DNA of 61,893 bases from an uncultured Candidatus Saccharibacteria bacterium (GCA_964349555.1 CAYGGK010000003.1:1-61893), one strand, 5' to 3'; positions 25,827 to 35,095 are shown, counted from the first letter of the stretch. The notes: generated by a model from the sequence alone, not told the origin. Numbers and translations: made by a program.

Positions 25827-28595
25827 ATGTCTGAAAAACCTCCACAACAAAAAACGAGTTTGAATTCGCCGAATTTCTATGAACGATTGGGTGTGAGTCC
25901 TTATGCAGCAGCAGGCGAGATTAAAGAGGCGCATCGAAAACTTGCGAAAAAATTGCATCCGGATACGAACGGAGAATTGGATCCACGTACAAGGAAGAAA
26001 AACGAAGATGATTTTAAACTGATTAATGAAGCGTATGACAGCCTTAAAAACAAGGACCGCCGGCAAAGATACGACGACGGAACATTATCCTTTGACCCAT
26101 CGCGAGAGACAAGAAGGGCTCGTCGAGAGCAGAATTTTGCTACGAGAGAGGCAGAAAAGCGACAACAAGGGAGAAAGAAAAAAGAGGCGGAGAGAACAGC
26201 CGCTCAAACGGCGCAGAAAGAGCAACCACAAGAACCGCCTCCAGAAGAAGCGAAGCCAGACGAAAGATTTGAGCCAGCAACGGGTTCTGGCGCAGTACCT
26301 GAGACAGAACCCCAAGTCGATCTCAAGGTCGACGTTAAAGAACCAGAACCGACAACGGACTTTGGCCATGCGTTTAAGAACGCAAAACCACTCACAGGAA
26401 AGAGTAGGCGGAGAAGAGAAAATGGAAATAAAAATGAGGAAGCGAAGAAAGCGCCTGAAGCCTCTCCTGTTGTTGAAACCGAAGAACCAAAAGTAGAGTC
26501 CACATCCAAGCCAGAAGAGCCAACTGAAAAAAAGAATCCTTGGGCTCCAGGAGGAGTAAGCCGTGCGGCGGTACTTGTGGACTTCGCCAAGATTTTCCCG
26601 AAAGGACAAATTCCCGAGAGTGTACATGGGGCTTTAATAAAGCTCATCAACGAACAATACTTGAACTTTTCTCTTAAAGATGAAGTCGCACAGAAGGGAG
26701 TCGAGGAAGAGATATCTAGACTTTTTGGTGAACAGCGTAAGGAGGGAGAAGCAAGGACAAACGCAGAAAAGACCCAAGAGTCGACTGGGTTGGTAAGCCA
26801 GTCTGTCGTAGAGGAGAAACTGCCAAACACGGAACCAGCGCTAGAAACGGAGCCAGTATTAGAAGAAGAAAAAGCTCCCCCTTCTCCGCTTGTCGCAGAT
26901 AGGGAGGAAGCCCTTGATATAGATGCGATTTCGCGCGGAGTGAACGGTAATGAGAAGACGCCAGCGGAATGGAGGAGAAAGCTTAGCTCTCTAATTGGTG
27001 CCATGCAGAAAACAGGTGAAAGTGCTTCCGAGCAATTCAAGAGGTCAAAAAAAATCCTCACAGACCGGGACACGAGTCTTACTGAGAAGGCGAAAACAGT
27101 AGGTAAAGAAACGGGGAAACTTCTTATAGATGTCGGAGAACGCTACCGCAAGCTTCCGCTTAAATATAAAATCGCCTTGTCAGCCGTGCTCATCGGCGGT
27201 TCAATTCTCAGCGGCGTCGGCATACTCGGCACCGTTTTGGCCGCGGCAAAGCTCGGACAGCGTACAGCCGCCTCGCTCGGCGTCTATGTGCTCGTTAACG
27301 GACTCATGGAAAAAAGAATTGCTGATAGAGAAGAAAAGAGCAGGGAGGAAAAGGACATGAATTGGGAGAGGCTCCCAGGAGAAAACAGAATAAAACAAAC
27401 TGTTTCTGTAGGTGCCGCGGCCGCGGTTTTTCTTGGCCTTCCAGGATATGGGATTAAAGAAGGATTTGAAGCCGCGGGTGGTGAGCGCGTGATTGCATGG
27501 CTCGGCGGTATGCTCGGACATTCTGTGCCGACAGGAGCGCCTGAAGTTATTCCACAGCCAGCGCCTGGGCCCGCGGCCGTTGCGGCCGCGGGTGAAGCCA
27601 TCGCTCCTATTGTTGCGCCGGAAGCGCCAGAGTCCGTGCCCGCACCAAAACCAGAAACTGTCTTTGTCGCATCCGTGAACGAACCAAATTTTTCTAAGGA
27701 ACCACCATTAGAGCCAGTGGCCGCCGAGGCCGTGCCAGAAGCCGCCGCCGTCTCTCCGGAGATGCCCGAGACTGAGGTTAAGGCGACGCCCGGCAAGGGC
27801 TACGAATACATGGCGAAGCGGCTTTGGGAACAGTTGCAGGACAAAGGTCTTGATCCGACGCAGTATGCCGAAGGGAGCGATATCCGCCGATTGCTTGAGG
27901 CCGATGCGAAGTCAATTGATACCGTCGTGCATCAAATCGCCGCCGACCCTGCACACGGATTTTTTAATCCTGACGGCACAAGTGTTCTTATTGACTCTGA
28001 CTCGCACATGACAATTAACGCAGAAGGGAACATACAGGTCGGTGACGCGGTTATGGCGCCCGAGAATGCGCCGACAACGCCGGCGTACCCTCCTCCCGAG
28101 GCTCCCTCAGCCGCCGAGGCGTTTCCTGTGCATGGCGAACCAGCACCCCTTCCGTCTGTAGAAGTACCACCATATGAAGTGGCACCGGCTCTGGAACCGA
28201 CTGTTGAACAAACATCTCCCCAGGAAGAAACAGCCGTGCGGTCAGAAGTTATCGCAGAGACCCCCACATTCCTAACGAAAGTTGATGGTGTTCTGATTGA
28301 CCCGCAAACCCCGGCGATTTATGAGGCCCAATCACCCTCTGGAGAAAAGTATCTTACAGCCTATGGAGGAAGCGATGAAGAGCGATTCAAACTTATTCAG
28401 GATTATCTCGCGCGCCCGGAGAATCAGGATCAATCAATCCGCTTTGTGCATGAAGTCCCCTCAATGCTCGGCTCTCAAACCAGGGTAGACGAAATCGGAG
28501 CCGGCACGAACGCTGGAAAGACTTCATGGTTTATTGACTTCTTTAAGAAGCCGATACCACCACCATCCCCAAGCACTTTCCTGAGACGATTATAA
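25827..28595 (+). CDS. J-domain (DnaJ-like) giant membrane protein
   Basis: The N-terminal J domain is FYERLGVSPYAAAGEIKEAHRKLAKKLHPD...INEAYDSL. It is followed by a long K/E/P-rich region, central TM helices and a Pro/Ala-rich C-terminal half. It starts 6 nt after the ATPase stop codon. Confidence 0.75.
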   Translation: MSEKPPQQKTSLNSPNFYERLGVSPYAAAGEIKEAHRKLAKKLHPDTNGELDPRTRKKNEDDFKLINEAYDSLKNKDRRQRYDDGTLSFDPSRETRRARREQNFATREAEKRQQGRKKKEAERTAAQTAQKEQPQEPPPEEAKPDERFEPATGSGAVPETEPQVDLKVDVKEPEPTTDFGHAFKNAKPLTGKSRRRRENGNKNEEAKKAPEASPVVETEEPKVESTSKPEEPTEKKNPWAPGGVSRAAVLVDFAKIFPKGQIPESVHGALIKLINEQYLNFSLKDEVAQKGVEEEISRLFGEQRKEGEARTNAEKTQESTGLVSQSVVEEKLPNTEPALETEPVLEEEKAPPSPLVADREEALDIDAISRGVNGNEKTPAEWRRKLSSLIGAMQKTGESASEQFKRSKKILTDRDTSLTEKAKTVGKETGKLLIDVGERYRKLPLKYKIALSAVLIGGSILSGVGILGTVLAAAKLGQRTAASLGVYVLVNGLMEKRIADREEKSREEKDMNWERLPGENRIKQTVSVGAAAAVFLGLPGYGIKEGFEAAGGERVIAWLGGMLGHSVPTGAPEVIPQPAPGPAAVAAAGEAIAPIVAPEAPESVPAPKPETVFVASVNEPNFSKEPPLEPVAAEAVPEAAAVSPEMPETEVKATPGKGYEYMAKRLWEQLQDKGLDPTQYAEGSDIRRLLEADAKSIDTVVHQIAADPAHGFFNPDGTSVLIDSDSHMTINAEGNIQVGDAVMAPENAPTTPAYPPPEAPSAAEAFPVHGEPAPLPSVEVPPYEVAPALEPTVEQTSPQEETAVRSEVIAETPTFLTKVDGVLIDPQTPAIYEAQSPSGEKYLTAYGGSDEERFKLIQDYLARPENQDQSIRFVHEVPSMLGSQTRVDEIGAGTNAGKTSWFIDFFKKPIPPPSPSTFLRRL

Positions 28596-28612
28596 AAATA
28601 ATTAATAATGCT

Positions 28613-28918
28613 ATGATTACTCCTATGCAAGACGAGCTGACCAAAGCTATCGCCACCGACCTCGGGATTGGAGATTTGCCGATGAACGAACAGCAGGAGC
28701 TCATCGCGCAGTTCGGCGAGGTGGCGCTGAAGGCGGCGATGTTATCGGTCGTCGAGAAACTCGCTCTCGACAAGCGGGACGAATTCGCGAAGCTTGCAGA
28801 AGCGGGGAATCCTGCGACCATTAAAGTGTTCCTTGACCGCGAGGTTCCCGGGCACGAAGATATCACGAAGGCCGCGGTCGCCGAGGAGGTAAAGCGGTTT
28901 AGAGATTTTCAATCATAA
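28613..28918 (+). CDS. small acidic helical protein, unknown function
   Basis: 101-aa ORF in the same orientation as the J-domain gene, which stops 17 nt upstream. No motif recognised. Confidence 0.45.
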   Translation: MITPMQDELTKAIATDLGIGDLPMNEQQELIAQFGEVALKAAMLSVVEKLALDKRDEFAKLAEAGNPATIKVFLDREVPGHEDITKAAVAEEVKRFRDFQS

Positions 28919-28929
28919 ATTAACTTCAT

Positions 28930-29430
28930 ATGAATCCAACACAAACAGGTATCGCCGTAGCGCTCGCATTAGTCGTCGTCGCGCTGTTCTTCGCCTTCCC
29001 TGGCCTCTTGCCATTTCAAGGCGCAAGCGTGCAAGAGGATCAGCAAGTTACCGATACTAATCAAACCACATCTATGCCAACAGAACCCATAGTAGAACTC
29101 ATGATAAAGGACGATGTGGTGGGCACGGGCGCTACCGCGGAGGCTGGTGACAGCGTGACGGTCAACTATGTCGGGGCGCTCACGAACGGCACGGTCTTTG
29201 ACGCGTCTGCGAATCACGGCACCGAGGGTTTCACTTTTAATCTCGGAGCAGGGCAGGTTATTAAGGGGTGGGACCAGGGCATTGTCGGTATGAAAGAAGG
29301 AGGGAAGCGTACGCTCGTTATCCCCTCCGCGCTTGCGTACGGGTCTCAAGAAGTCGGAGGAATTATCCCTGCGAATGCCGACCTCGTCTTCCAGGTAGAA
29401 CTCCTGAAGGTGCAAAAAGCGGCTCGTTAG
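28930..29430 (+). CDS. FKBP-type peptidyl-prolyl cis-trans isomerase, membrane-anchored
   Basis: A TM helix is followed by the FKBP core VTVNYVGALTNGTVFDAS...GAGQVIKGWDQG..GMKEGGKR.L.IP...AYG. Confidence 0.85.
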   Translation: MNPTQTGIAVALALVVVALFFAFPGLLPFQGASVQEDQQVTDTNQTTSMPTEPIVELMIKDDVVGTGATAEAGDSVTVNYVGALTNGTVFDASANHGTEGFTFNLGAGQVIKGWDQGIVGMKEGGKRTLVIPSALAYGSQEVGGIIPANADLVFQVELLKVQKAAR

Positions 29431-29446
29431 TAAAAAAGAAATGATG

Positions 29447-29488
29447 ACGGGCGCGAACTGCAAAGCAGTCGCGCCCGTTTTCGTTTTT
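29447..29488 (+). terminator. rho-independent terminator after the FKBP gene
   Basis: ACGGGCGCGA (29447-29456) / TCGCGCCCGT (29469-29478), followed by TTTCGTTTTT. Confidence 0.7.
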
Positions 29489-29504
29489 GGAACTGAATCC
29501 TGCG

Positions 29505-30176
29505 TTACCGCGGAGGCGGTGGAGTGAATCCTCCGCTCCGTGCTCCAGAGTATCCCGGCGCTGGTGCATCGGAGACCCCCGGGAGCTTTGATTTTCCTGC
29601 GTGTAGAGGGACGATGAAAATTCTGCGGAGTTTCCATTCCAGCTCATCGGCCTTGTAGACCATGCCAGTCATGCAGTAGCCATGAGCAACATTCAGCATC
29701 GTCTCGAATGTTATCTTGCCGCTCCCGAGACCGCCGCCTAGACCGGTCATGCCGATGTACGCGAGGTAGTCCACCGGGTGTATGGCACTTCCGAATCCTA
29801 TCCTAGCGCCGAGCGCACCGAGAAGTCCTTGAAAGCCGCCGTAGATCCCGCCCTGCTTCAGCATCTCCTTAATTTCGCCCTCCAGGTCGCCAACCTTCTT
29901 GGAGCAATACCAGTCAAGCTGTGCGAGCTGGTTGTACTCCGTTAAGGTCAGCTTCGGATCCGGGTCGAAATTCTCATCGAGACCTGGGTAGATGTCCACT
30001 CGGTAGTGGTGAGTGAACTGGCCTTCCGAGACGGCGCTCACATCGTTGGCCCGGCTCGGTGGACTGGCCTCCGCCGGTCCACCACGCATCGTATAACCCG
30101 TGCCATTTAGGCTGGAGCACGCGCTAAGGGCGAGCACCGCCAAAGCAGCGAGCCCGCAATTCAGAATTTTCCTCAT
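29505..30176 (-). CDS. lipoprotein with Gly-rich (glycine-zipper-like) segment
   Basis: The signal peptide has the lipobox LALSAC. It is a lone minus-strand gene with no recognised family. Confidence 0.6.
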   Translation of the reverse strand: MRKILNCGLAALAVLALSACSSLNGTGYTMRGGPAEASPPSRANDVSAVSEGQFTHHYRVDIYPGLDENFDPDPKLTLTEYNQLAQLDWYCSKKVGDLEGEIKEMLKQGGIYGGFQGLLGALGARIGFGSAIHPVDYLAYIGMTGLGGGLGSGKITFETMLNVAHGYCMTGMVYKADELEWKLRRIFIVPLHAGKSKLPGVSDAPAPGYSGARSGGFTPPPPR

Positions 30177-30295
30177 GTTTTCTCTCCCATTTTGTTTAGC
30201 TTGCCCAGGATGGGCAAGCTAGAAAGCATCCGAATATAAGGATAATTCAAATATAGAGTTTGTCAAGACCGCGGCGATACGTTAGGGTAGGGGGT

Positions 30296-31561
30296 ATGAG
30301 TGCGATTGACTTTAGAATAGAGGCCCGTTCAGCTCCACGTGGGGCACGGGCGGGCATGCTCACAACGCCACATGGCGTTATACGCACCCCCGCCTTTGTG
30401 CCGGTAGGCACGAAGGCGGGGGTGAAGGGTATTTTGCCCGACCAGTTGAGAGAACTCGGCGCCGAGGTCGTGCTCGCCAATACGTATCACCTCTACCTTC
30501 AGCCGGGTGAGGAGGTGGTGCGCGAGGCCGGAGGACTCGCGCAGTTCATGGGCTGGCAGGGCTCGCCCCGCGGAGCTTCAGTGGAGTGGGGGCCTACCAT
30601 CACCGACTCCGGTGGCTTCCAAGTCTTCTCACTCGGAGCAGGTTTTGGAAAAAAAGTCTCTAAATTCACTAAAGAGGACGCGCCGAAAGAAGAAGCAGTC
30701 TCTGTTTATGACGAAGGGGTTATGAGCCAACACGGGCAGCTCGCGATTATTGACGATGAGGGAGTTTCCTTCACCTCGCACATCGACGGATCGCTTCACC
30801 GCTTCACGCCCGAACGTTCAGTGGAGATTCAGCACGCGCTCGGCGCTGACATCTTTTTCGCCTTTGATGAATGTACTGCGCCGACAGAGTCGTACGAATA
30901 TCAGAAGGAGGCGATGGAGCGCACCCACCGGTGGGCGCAGCGTAGCTTGAAGGCGCACCGACAAAATATTGAAGCGAGTAACACGCAGGCGATCTTCGGC
31001 ATCGCGCAGGGCGGACAGTTCGACGACTTGCGCAGGCTAAGCGCTCAGACGATTGTCGACATGAGTTTTGACGGCTTCGGGCTTGGAGGTTCGTTTAGTA
31101 AAAAGCATGGCGACGACTCTCTTCAGTCGGCGCTCGCCATGTTGCGCGAACTACCCGACACTCTTCCCGTACACGGTCTTGGTATCGGTGAGCCAAGTGA
31201 TATCCTCGCGAGTATCGCCGCTGGGGTTGACCTCTTTGACTGCGTCTCTCCAACGCGTCTCGGGCGGCACGGCTCTATCTACACGAAACACGGCCTCATC
31301 CACCTCAAGAACGAGAAATATAAAAATGATTTTACGCCCCTTGATCAAAAAATTCAGACATCGGATGTCTTAACTTCGGGGTTTACGAAAGCGTACGTGT
31401 CGCATCTTTTACGGAGCGGCGAGATGCTTGGTGCCATCATCGCCTCTCTGCACAATGTGGGATTCATCCTCTCCCTCGTTTACGGCGCACGTACGGCTAT
31501 TCTTAATGGACAATTTGACGAATACCGCGCAGACTTCATACGCGGCTACTACTCCAAATAG
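30296..31561 (+). CDS. tgt: queuine tRNA-ribosyltransferase (tRNA-guanine transglycosylase)
   Basis: Has the motifs T.HG.I.TPAF.PVGT.A.VK and TDSGGFQV, plus the zinc-site region CDC..PTR. ATG 30296. Confidence 0.9.
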   Translation: MSAIDFRIEARSAPRGARAGMLTTPHGVIRTPAFVPVGTKAGVKGILPDQLRELGAEVVLANTYHLYLQPGEEVVREAGGLAQFMGWQGSPRGASVEWGPTITDSGGFQVFSLGAGFGKKVSKFTKEDAPKEEAVSVYDEGVMSQHGQLAIIDDEGVSFTSHIDGSLHRFTPERSVEIQHALGADIFFAFDECTAPTESYEYQKEAMERTHRWAQRSLKAHRQNIEASNTQAIFGIAQGGQFDDLRRLSAQTIVDMSFDGFGLGGSFSKKHGDDSLQSALAMLRELPDTLPVHGLGIGEPSDILASIAAGVDLFDCVSPTRLGRHGSIYTKHGLIHLKNEKYKNDFTPLDQKIQTSDVLTSGFTKAYVSHLLRSGEMLGAIIASLHNVGFILSLVYGARTAILNGQFDEYRADFIRGYYSK

Positions 31562-31633
31562 CCCCTTCTCTAATTCGCGCGAATAGGAGAATAGAGAAAA
31601 GGGTCGGTTCCTCTGATATAGTGAAGCGTCCAT

Positions 31634-33691
31634 ATGTCGAGTAATTTCAAACTTAACCTACCGTTCCAGCCCGCGGGAGATCAGCCGAAGGCAATACGAG
31701 CACTCGCACAAGGACTTAAAAAAAATTTGCGGCATCAAACGCTCTTTGGCGTGACCGGTTCGGGCAAGACTTTTACCATCGCGAACGTTATTGCAAAGAA
31801 CGATATGCCAACGCTCGTTCTCGCGCACAATAAGACGCTTGCCGCCCAGCTTGCGCAGGAGTATCGGGAGTTTTTCCCCGAGAATGCCGTGCACTACTTT
31901 GTCTCCTATTACGATTACTACCAGCCGGAGGCGTATCTGGCGCACTCGGATACGTATATAGAGAAGGAAGCGATGATTAACGCCGAGATAGACCGCCTGC
32001 GCCACGCGGCGACGCAGGCGCTTCTCACGCGCAAGGACGTCATCATCGTCGCCTCGGTCTCCGCCATCTACGGCCTCGGCTCGCCGGAAGAATATGAAAA
32101 GGTACATATAAAACTCGCCGTGGGAGCGCCAGAGGCGAGGAGTTCGCTCATACGAAAACTAATCAGTATCCACTTTGAGCGGACGAACGCCGACGTGAAT
32201 CCCGGGCAGTTTCGCGCTGTCGGCAACTCGCTTGAGTTCATGCCAGTCAACGAACGTTCACTGTATCGCGTGACCTTTTCTGCCGGAGACGACAGCGTCA
32301 TTGAGCATATCGACCAGCTTGATCCGGTTTCGCGCGCGAAGCGCGCAGAACCAAAGACAGTTTTCGTCTTTCCGGCCAAACACTTTATTACGAGCGAAAA
32401 TGAGCGCGCCCGCGCAATGATTGACATAAAACTTGAACTGGAAGAACAGCTCGCCAAGTTCAAACGGGAAGAGAAGCCTCTAGAGGCGGAGCGGCTGAAA
32501 CGCCGCACGCACTACGACTTGGCACTCATCAGAGAAGTCGGATACACCAGCGGCATTGAAAATTATTCTCGTCATTTTGACGGAAGAAAGCCGGGCGAGC
32601 CGCCCTTCACACTTCTTTCATACTTTCCGAAAAATTTTCTGACGGTCATAGACGAGTCGCATGTCACCGTCCCGCAGATAGGCGGCATGTACGCGGGTGA
32701 TAAGTCGCGTAAGGACGCCCTCATTGAACACGGCTTTCGCCTCCCGTCGGCGCGCGACAATCGCCCCCTTCGGTTTGAAGAATTCGAGAGCCGCGTTGGG
32801 AAAGTCATTTACACGAGTGCGACACCGGGGCCATATGAACGCGCTCATTCGGAACAGATAGTCGAGCAAGTAATCCGTCCGACTGGTCTCATAGATCCCG
32901 AGCTCACCGTGCGTCCCGTTTCCGAAGGCGCAGAAATGAAAGGTTTCGTAAACCCTTCATTTGATGAAGGGTTTACGAAACCAAAATACCGAGGACAGAT
33001 TGCGGATTTTATCTCTGAAGCAGAGACGGTTATTAAGCGCGGAGGGAGAGCGCTCGCGACGACACTGACGAAACGAATGGCCGAAGACCTCTCGACGTTT
33101 CTGCGCGAGAAGGGAATGAAGGCCGAATACTTGCATTCCGACGTAAAAACGATTGACCGTATCGATATCCTTACTAATTTTCGCAAAGGCAAGTTTGATA
33201 TTCTCATCGGGGTGAACTTGCTTCGTGAAGGCCTTGACCTGCCGGAGGTTGAGCTCGTCGGCATCTTGGATGCTGACAAGGAAGGATTTCTGCGGAGCGA
33301 AACATCGCTCATTCAGACAATCGGACGAGCGGCACGCAACGTGCTCGGTCGCGTGATTCTCTACGCCGATACGATGACTGGGTCGCTTGAGAGGGCGATA
33401 AGCGAGACAAATCGTCGCCGTACCGTACAAATGGCGTATAACAAAAAACACCGCATCACGCCGAAGACCATCAAGAAAGAAATTCACGATATCGCGGCGT
33501 CTATGCGCACCGAGCATGAGCGCACGATTGACGAGCTTCTTGTTCTGGACACTCTTGCGTATAAGAATAATCCGAAAGCATTCATAAAGCGAAAGAAAGA
33601 AGAGATGAAAGAAGCGGTTGAGCAGTTAGATTTTGAAACAGCCGCGCTCATACGTGATGAACTATATAAGCTGGAGGGCGCGAAGTCGTGA
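31634..33691 (+). CDS. uvrB: excinuclease ABC subunit B
   Basis: Has PAGDQPKAI, the helicase motifs GVTGSGKT and DESH, and a C-terminal UVR domain (FETAALIRDEL). Confidence 0.95.
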   Translation: MSSNFKLNLPFQPAGDQPKAIRALAQGLKKNLRHQTLFGVTGSGKTFTIANVIAKNDMPTLVLAHNKTLAAQLAQEYREFFPENAVHYFVSYYDYYQPEAYLAHSDTYIEKEAMINAEIDRLRHAATQALLTRKDVIIVASVSAIYGLGSPEEYEKVHIKLAVGAPEARSSLIRKLISIHFERTNADVNPGQFRAVGNSLEFMPVNERSLYRVTFSAGDDSVIEHIDQLDPVSRAKRAEPKTVFVFPAKHFITSENERARAMIDIKLELEEQLAKFKREEKPLEAERLKRRTHYDLALIREVGYTSGIENYSRHFDGRKPGEPPFTLLSYFPKNFLTVIDESHVTVPQIGGMYAGDKSRKDALIEHGFRLPSARDNRPLRFEEFESRVGKVIYTSATPGPYERAHSEQIVEQVIRPTGLIDPELTVRPVSEGAEMKGFVNPSFDEGFTKPKYRGQIADFISEAETVIKRGGRALATTLTKRMAEDLSTFLREKGMKAEYLHSDVKTIDRIDILTNFRKGKFDILIGVNLLREGLDLPEVELVGILDADKEGFLRSETSLIQTIGRAARNVLGRVILYADTMTGSLERAISETNRRRTVQMAYNKKHRITPKTIKKEIHDIAASMRTEHERTIDELLVLDTLAYKNNPKAFIKRKKEEMKEAVEQLDFETAALIRDELYKLEGAKS
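32942..32982. repeat. 41-nt perfect hairpin (19-bp arms, 3-nt loop) in frame inside uvrB
   Basis: GGTTTCGTAAACCCTTCAT-TTG-ATGAAGGGTTTACGAAACC was checked base by base. It encodes GFVNPSFDEGFTKP. Confidence 0.9.
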
Positions 33692-33706
33692 TACCATAGT
33701 AGGGTC

Positions 33707-35095
33707 ATGCGAAGGTCTGTATCCTTTGTTTTTTTGTGCGTTTTGAGTATTGCGCCCTTTTCCGCGTTCGCGCAGAGCGTAACGCAGGCGGTTACCAATC
33801 GCCAACAAGAATTACAGAGCCAATTGAGCGATCTGGAGAATCAAATCGCCGCACAACAGAAACTTCTTGAGAAGGCGCAGGGACAGCGGCAGACGCTCCA
33901 GTCCCAAGTAGACGCTTTTAACGCGGAAATAAAGAAGACACAACTCCAGATTCAGGCGATAAATCTGACCATAACACGACTGAACGGCGATATAGATGTG
34001 CGCGACAAGACGCTCTCACAACTTTCCGCGCAACTCTCCGCCGAGAAGGAGTCGCTTGCGCGGATTCTGCGGCAGACGCAGGTGTTGGATGACTATTCAA
34101 TCGTCGCCGTCACACTTGGTTCCGAGAGCGTCTCTGGATTCTTCAGCGACCTTGACGCCTTCGTCTCCATCAAGCGGTCGCTCGCAGAATCGTCAAGTCG
34201 CATCAAGCGGACCAGTTCTGCGACCGAAGCCGAGAAAGAGGCTCTCCACGTGCGCCTCACCGAGCAGGAACAGTTGAGGACCGTGGCACAGCTTGCTAGA
34301 CAGCGAGTCCAGGCGCAGGAGCAAGAGAAACGGAAACTGCTCACGCAGACCAAGGGCGTTGAGGCTAACTATCAGAAACTTATTACGGCGACTCGCCGGA
34401 CGGCGGCGCAGATTCGCTCCGAGCTCTTTACGCTTCGCGACACTGCGGCGATCCCGTTTGGCACCGCACTCCTGTATGCGCAGGCGGCCGAGCGGGCGAC
34501 GGGCACGCGCGCGGCTCTCACGCTCGCTGTGCTTAAACAAGAGACCAATCTCGGAGAGAACCTCGGCTCGGGCACCTGGCGAGTGGATATGAATCCGACA
34601 CGCGACCAGCCTGTATTTGTGTTTATCACACAGACGCTCGGTCTGGATCCCGACCAAATGCGGGTTTCTAAAAGGCCCTCATATGGCTGGGGTGGCGCGA
34701 TGGGGCCGAGTCAATTTATTCCCTCAACGTGGGTGTGTTACGGAGGATTTGTGAATATACATACCAACGGATGCACACCTCCCTCGGGAGCAGGCAGTTC
34801 GTTCTGGCAGGGGCCGTGGCAATATAGCGTGAGCAAGGACCGCGTACGGAAGCTTCTCGTGGGCACGGGGCCAAGCAATCCGTGGAGTCCACAGACGGCT
34901 ATTATGGCAACCGCGATGCTTATGGCCGACAACGGTGCGGCACTGCAGACGTACGCGGCAGAGCGGCTCGCGGCTCTGCGTTACTTCGCCGGCTGGACGG
35001 GCGCGCGCAACCCGGCCTTCGCATTTTACGGCGACGGCGTAATGGGGTTCGCCGCGAAGTTCCAAAAGGATATTGATCAACTGAGCGGCTCATAA
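33707..35095 (+). CDS. secreted coiled-coil protein with C-terminal lytic-transglycosylase-like domain
   Basis: A signal peptide is followed by ~230 aa of Q/L-rich coiled coil. The C-terminus has LAVLKQETNLG...GGAMGPSQFIPSTW, resembling MltB/SLT_2-type transglycosylases. Confidence 0.65.
   Translation: MRRSVSFVFLCVLSIAPFSAFAQSVTQAVTNRQQELQSQLSDLENQIAAQQKLLEKAQGQRQTLQSQVDAFNAEIKKTQLQIQAINLTITRLNGDIDVRDKTLSQLSAQLSAEKESLARILRQTQVLDDYSIVAVTLGSESVSGFFSDLDAFVSIKRSLAESSSRIKRTSSATEAEKEALHVRLTEQEQLRTVAQLARQRVQAQEQEKRKLLTQTKGVEANYQKLITATRRTAAQIRSELFTLRDTAAIPFGTALLYAQAAERATGTRAALTLAVLKQETNLGENLGSGTWRVDMNPTRDQPVFVFITQTLGLDPDQMRVSKRPSYGWGGAMGPSQFIPSTWVCYGGFVNIHTNGCTPPSGAGSSFWQGPWQYSVSKDRVRKLLVGTGPSNPWSPQTAIMATAMLMADNGAALQTYAAERLAALRYFAGWTGARNPAFAFYGDGVMGFAAKFQKDIDQLSGS

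Noticed and set aside
30177-30295. PreQ1-type riboswitch upstream of tgt.
   Set aside because: No compact preQ1 aptamer-like hairpin with an A-rich tail was seen. tgt is also not a typical riboswitch-controlled gene, and the palindrome present is nearer the divergent lipoprotein gene.
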